Positions 7,528 through 10,123 of a DNA stretch of 10,123 nt are shown here, one piece after another. The position numbers and the translations under genes are program-made. Location: NCBI GenBank assembly GCA_964645535.1, contig CAZYCQ010000085.1, positions 1-10,123 on the forward strand, written 5' to 3'. The notes beneath the pieces were generated by a model, which was given only the letters and a program-made list of their open reading frames with translations, was not told the DNA's origin and searched no databases. Numbering within the stretch: position 1 is the first letter of the stretch; the number at the start of each line of letters is the position of its first letter. Origin of the DNA: an uncultured archaeon. Lineage in GTDB: Archaea > Asgardarchaeota > Heimdallarchaeia > Heimdallarchaeales > Kariarchaeaceae.

Positions 7528-9162
7528 ATGACGAAAAACTCGTTGAAAGCCTCAATAAAGATTTTACTCCATGCTGGTTTCACAGTACATCCGAGCTTGC
7601 TGAGATATCTTAAAAAACACCCCCATCCCGAGCATTTAATACAACAGTTTCTTAAGTCTACTCATCTAACTCCCTCTACTCATCCAATTTTAACTGATCA
7701 GGATCTCATAAATCAAATGGCAAATACTTCTAATTCGGACACCAAACCCCAAAAAATGCCTTTGATTCCATCTGAAAGCAAAAAACCTTCCTCCCCCTCA
7801 CAACAATCCTCATCTTCAAGAAAATCATTTAGATCCATTGCTTCCTCATCTTTTCGTGTTTCAACTCAATCTGTACTTACAACTCTCGATTCAGATCTTG
7901 AAGGGCTTAGTAATTTTGAACCAATCTTGGAAGTGACATGGCAACCTAGTTTCAGTACAAATCATTTGGGAACGATAGAAGATTTTGTTCAATATTTCAA
8001 CAGTAGATATCAAAAATTGAAAAGAATCTTTAGCAACCGTACTGATCTTGGGAATCTTCTTCCAATCAAACAATTAGAGCATATTACTTCTGGAACCGTT
8101 TCTATAATTGGGATGGTTTCTTCAAAACAGTTTTCATCCAATGGCGGAGGAATCATGATATTGGAAGATCCCTCCATGGAAAATCCAGTGTCATGCATTC
8201 TCCCAAAATCACGACCTGAACTTGTTGAACAGGCACTACGGATTATGGATGATTCAGTAATCTGTGTAAAAGGATTTCTACTTGATACTCTCAAAATTTC
8301 TGTCGATGAAATCATTCTACCAGAAATACCTCGCATTAGGAAACTAAATCGGGCTGAAGTTCCTGTTCATGCGGCTTTCTTGTCGGACATTCATGTCGGA
8401 TCAAAAGGTTTCATAAAGAAAGCTTTTGACAATTTTATTAAATTTCTGAACGGTGAATTCGGGAATTCAAAGATGAGAAAAATCGGTTTACAAACAAAAT
8501 TTGTATTATTTGCTGGAGATGTCGTTGATGGTGTTGGAGTTTACCCAAATCACGAAAATGAACTTTCCATTGATGACATCAGAGAGCAATATAATGAATT
8601 CGCAAGATTTCTTGAACGTATTCCTGAAGATGTTCAGATCGTTGTGATTCCTGGCAATCATGATCAGGTTCGCCCAGCAGAACCCCAACCCATTATTTCC
8701 CCTTCTTACGCTCCTGAACTCCATGGAATGAAAAACGTAACAATGCTCCCCAATCCTTCACAGGTGAAAATTGCAGGTATTGAAACTCTACTTTATCATT
8801 GCACCAGTCTTCCTGACATACTAAACCATATTCCTGGTCTAAAAATCGAAAAGCCTGTTGAAGTAATGAAAAAAATGCTTCAGGCTCGTCATCTTGCCCC
8901 TGTCTGGGATTCTCGAACACCAATTGCTCCAGAACCCGAAGATTCACTTGTTATTGAGAAGGTTCCTGATCTTTTCCATGGTGGGCATGTCCATATAAAT
9001 GATCTTGGATCCTACAATGGAGTGACAATTCTAAACAGCGGAACCATGCAATCGCAAACAAGCTACCAAAAAGCTTTGAACATTCAACCTACTCCCGGTG
9101 AAGTAATTGTGATTAATCTAAAAACCTTCCAACCTAACTTGATCCGCCTGCTTTCAGATTAA
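7528..9162 (+). CDS. polB: DNA polymerase D small subunit DP1 (3'-5' proofreading exonuclease, calcineurin-like phosphoesterase)
   Basis: YFNSRYQKLKRI, OB region IIGMV...LEDP, phosphoesterase motifs SDIHVGS, GDVVDGVGVYP, PGNHD, YH, GHVH, then NSGTMQSQT and PTPG. N-terminal helical domain followed by a low-complexity linker. Confidence 0.97.
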   Translation: MTKNSLKASIKILLHAGFTVHPSLLRYLKKHPHPEHLIQQFLKSTHLTPSTHPILTDQDLINQMANTSNSDTKPQKMPLIPSESKKPSSPSQQSSSSRKSFRSIASSSFRVSTQSVLTTLDSDLEGLSNFEPILEVTWQPSFSTNHLGTIEDFVQYFNSRYQKLKRIFSNRTDLGNLLPIKQLEHITSGTVSIIGMVSSKQFSSNGGGIMILEDPSMENPVSCILPKSRPELVEQALRIMDDSVICVKGFLLDTLKISVDEIILPEIPRIRKLNRAEVPVHAAFLSDIHVGSKGFIKKAFDNFIKFLNGEFGNSKMRKIGLQTKFVLFAGDVVDGVGVYPNHENELSIDDIREQYNEFARFLERIPEDVQIVVIPGNHDQVRPAEPQPIISPSYAPELHGMKNVTMLPNPSQVKIAGIETLLYHCTSLPDILNHIPGLKIEKPVEVMKKMLQARHLAPVWDSRTPIAPEPEDSLVIEKVPDLFHGGHVHINDLGSYNGVTILNSGTMQSQTSYQKALNIQPTPGEVIVINLKTFQPNLIRLLSD

Positions 9163-9881
9163 ATTTTAATGTTTTCTCCACTCCAAATCAATCTTCCTGC
9201 CTTATCTGTTTGTATTAATCCTAATTCTCTCAATTCTGCGACAAATTTCTTTACTTGCATGATTGAAGAACCCAATGTAAATGCAAGCTGAATCTCTGTT
9301 AACCCTCCGTGTTTTTTTAGTGTTCCTATTATTTTATATCGAGGGTCTGTCAATGCAAGTTTTTCTAATAAATCAAGTTGTGATTTCCATGAATCAATAA
9401 TTCCATTAAGTTGTTCAATTTTTGTTATGAGCTGTAATTTCTCATTTTGGAGCATTTCCATTTTTTCATTGAGTGCCGCAATCTCGCGGTCTTTTTCCAA
9501 AACTTCTTCCTTCTTTGTTTTCAATAGCTCAGAAAGGACTTGGACTTCATCATCTAAATCTTTTCCTCGTTTTCTCTTTTTGCTTTTAAGAGGGATATCC
9601 TTGCTTGTTTCTTGAGACAAAGTATTTTGACTAAATGAGCTTAGTTGGCTTTTCATTTCTAAAAGTAGGCTTGTCAAGTTTTCTACCTTGCGATCCAAAG
9701 AATGTACACTTACTGCTTCATTTGAAAGCCTTTCAACTTCTTGCAACAAACGTTCTCTTTCCGCCGATTGTTTTTCCAGCAATCTTTTGTAATCTGAGAG
9801 TATCTGATAAACTCGATCAATTTCAGATTGTGGGGTGGCTCCATATTTCTTATCCCAAGATATGTCTTCTTGTTGATCCAA
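9159..9881 (-). CDS. Hypothetical protein: two coiled-coil segments, central basic patch, C-terminal winged helix-turn-helix
   Basis: 240-aa ORF with TTG start preceded by AAGGGGT. Heptad-rich E/K/L segments, KSKKRKRGK, and a C-terminal DPRYKIIGTLKKHGGLTEIQLAFTLGSSIMQVKKFVAELRELGLIQ fitting a wHTH pattern. Confidence 0.85.
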   Translation of the reverse strand: MDQQEDISWDKKYGATPQSEIDRVYQILSDYKRLLEKQSAERERLLQEVERLSNEAVSVHSLDRKVENLTSLLLEMKSQLSSFSQNTLSQETSKDIPLKSKKRKRGKDLDDEVQVLSELLKTKKEEVLEKDREIAALNEKMEMLQNEKLQLITKIEQLNGIIDSWKSQLDLLEKLALTDPRYKIIGTLKKHGGLTEIQLAFTLGSSIMQVKKFVAELRELGLIQTDKAGRLIWSGENIKI

Positions 9882-9918
9882 TACTATACCCCTTTCTATG
9901 AAGAATCATTTGTCTCCC

Positions 9919-9935
9919 TTTATATATAGATTTTG
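9919..9935 (-). promoter_or_regulatory. Putative BRE/TATA promoter of the coiled-coil/wHTH gene
   Basis: Minus strand reads CAAAATC-TATATATAAA, ending about 38 nt upstream of the TTG, leaving a short leader that contains the SD-like AAGGGGT. Confidence 0.55.
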
Positions 9936-10123
9936 GAATTGATTTTCATTTCCACATTGTTTTTTGGGTGATTTCATGGTTGATGAGGACTCTTTTTTGA
10001 TGTAGTAGTGAGAATGGCATTGATTTACCCATAAATAACATGTAATTAAAAAAATTAAATCATTTTTTATCACTTTGAATAAATTTAATTGATCTTGTGT
10101 GATATTTTTGCAACATTTATGGA

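Noticed and set aside
8790-8815. DP1 motif YHC instead of the usual YHG as a sign of inactivation
   Set aside because: The metal-binding His and all other phosphoesterase motifs are intact.
9440-9510. Resemblance of EVLEKDREIAALNEK to the geminin coiled coil
   Set aside because: Generic coiled-coil similarity with no other geminin features.
9561-9587. KSKKRKRGK (and PPPKKR in the TrmY-like ORF) as nuclear localisation signals
   Set aside because: The sequence is prokaryotic; basic patches are better explained by nucleic-acid binding or chance.
9850-9909. 19-codon upstream ORF MILHRKGYSIGSTRRHILG on the minus strand with an AGGGAG SD-like site
   Set aside because: Its ATG is only about 10 nt from the TATA box, upstream of the expected transcription start; likely chance.
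9980-10023. Possible C/D-box sRNA (TGATGA 9981-9986, TTGA 9997-10000, TAGTGA 10006-10011, TTGA 10020-10023)
   Set aside because: Neither D box is CTGA, the C' box is degenerate and the second guide is only 8 nt; too weak without an Infernal or snoscan hit.
9882-10123. Replication origin in the AT-rich end region near DP1
   Set aside because: No repeated ORB/mini-ORB (TTCCA-N-TGGAA with G-string) and no cdc6/orc1 in the window; the region is cut by the window edge.

Overview
Low-GC archaeal chromosomal segment; the overall style suggests an Asgard/Heimdallarchaeia-like lineage, which is an inference and was not tested. It carries mostly information-processing genes: the 3' end of an unknown CDS, SRP54 (+), a degenerate C-terminally shortened TrmY-like ORF (+), a five-OB-fold zinc-finger RPA large subunit (-), a long-chain acyl-CoA ligase (-), Pus10 (+), the PolD small subunit DP1 (+), and a convergent uncharacterised coiled-coil/basic-patch/leucine-zipper/winged-helix protein (-). 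No rRNA, tRNA, CRISPR array or mobile element was seen. Most interesting: (1) the TrmY homolog seems to have lost its SAM-binding knot where the opposite-strand rpa-fadD block separates it from pus10; (2) the zipper plus winged-helix protein shares stop-codon bases with DP1 and has a palindrome against its promoter; (3) the RPA zinc finger has eukaryote-like spacing; (4) there are candidate operators in the intergenic regions. All family calls come from motif recognition from memory, not database searches.
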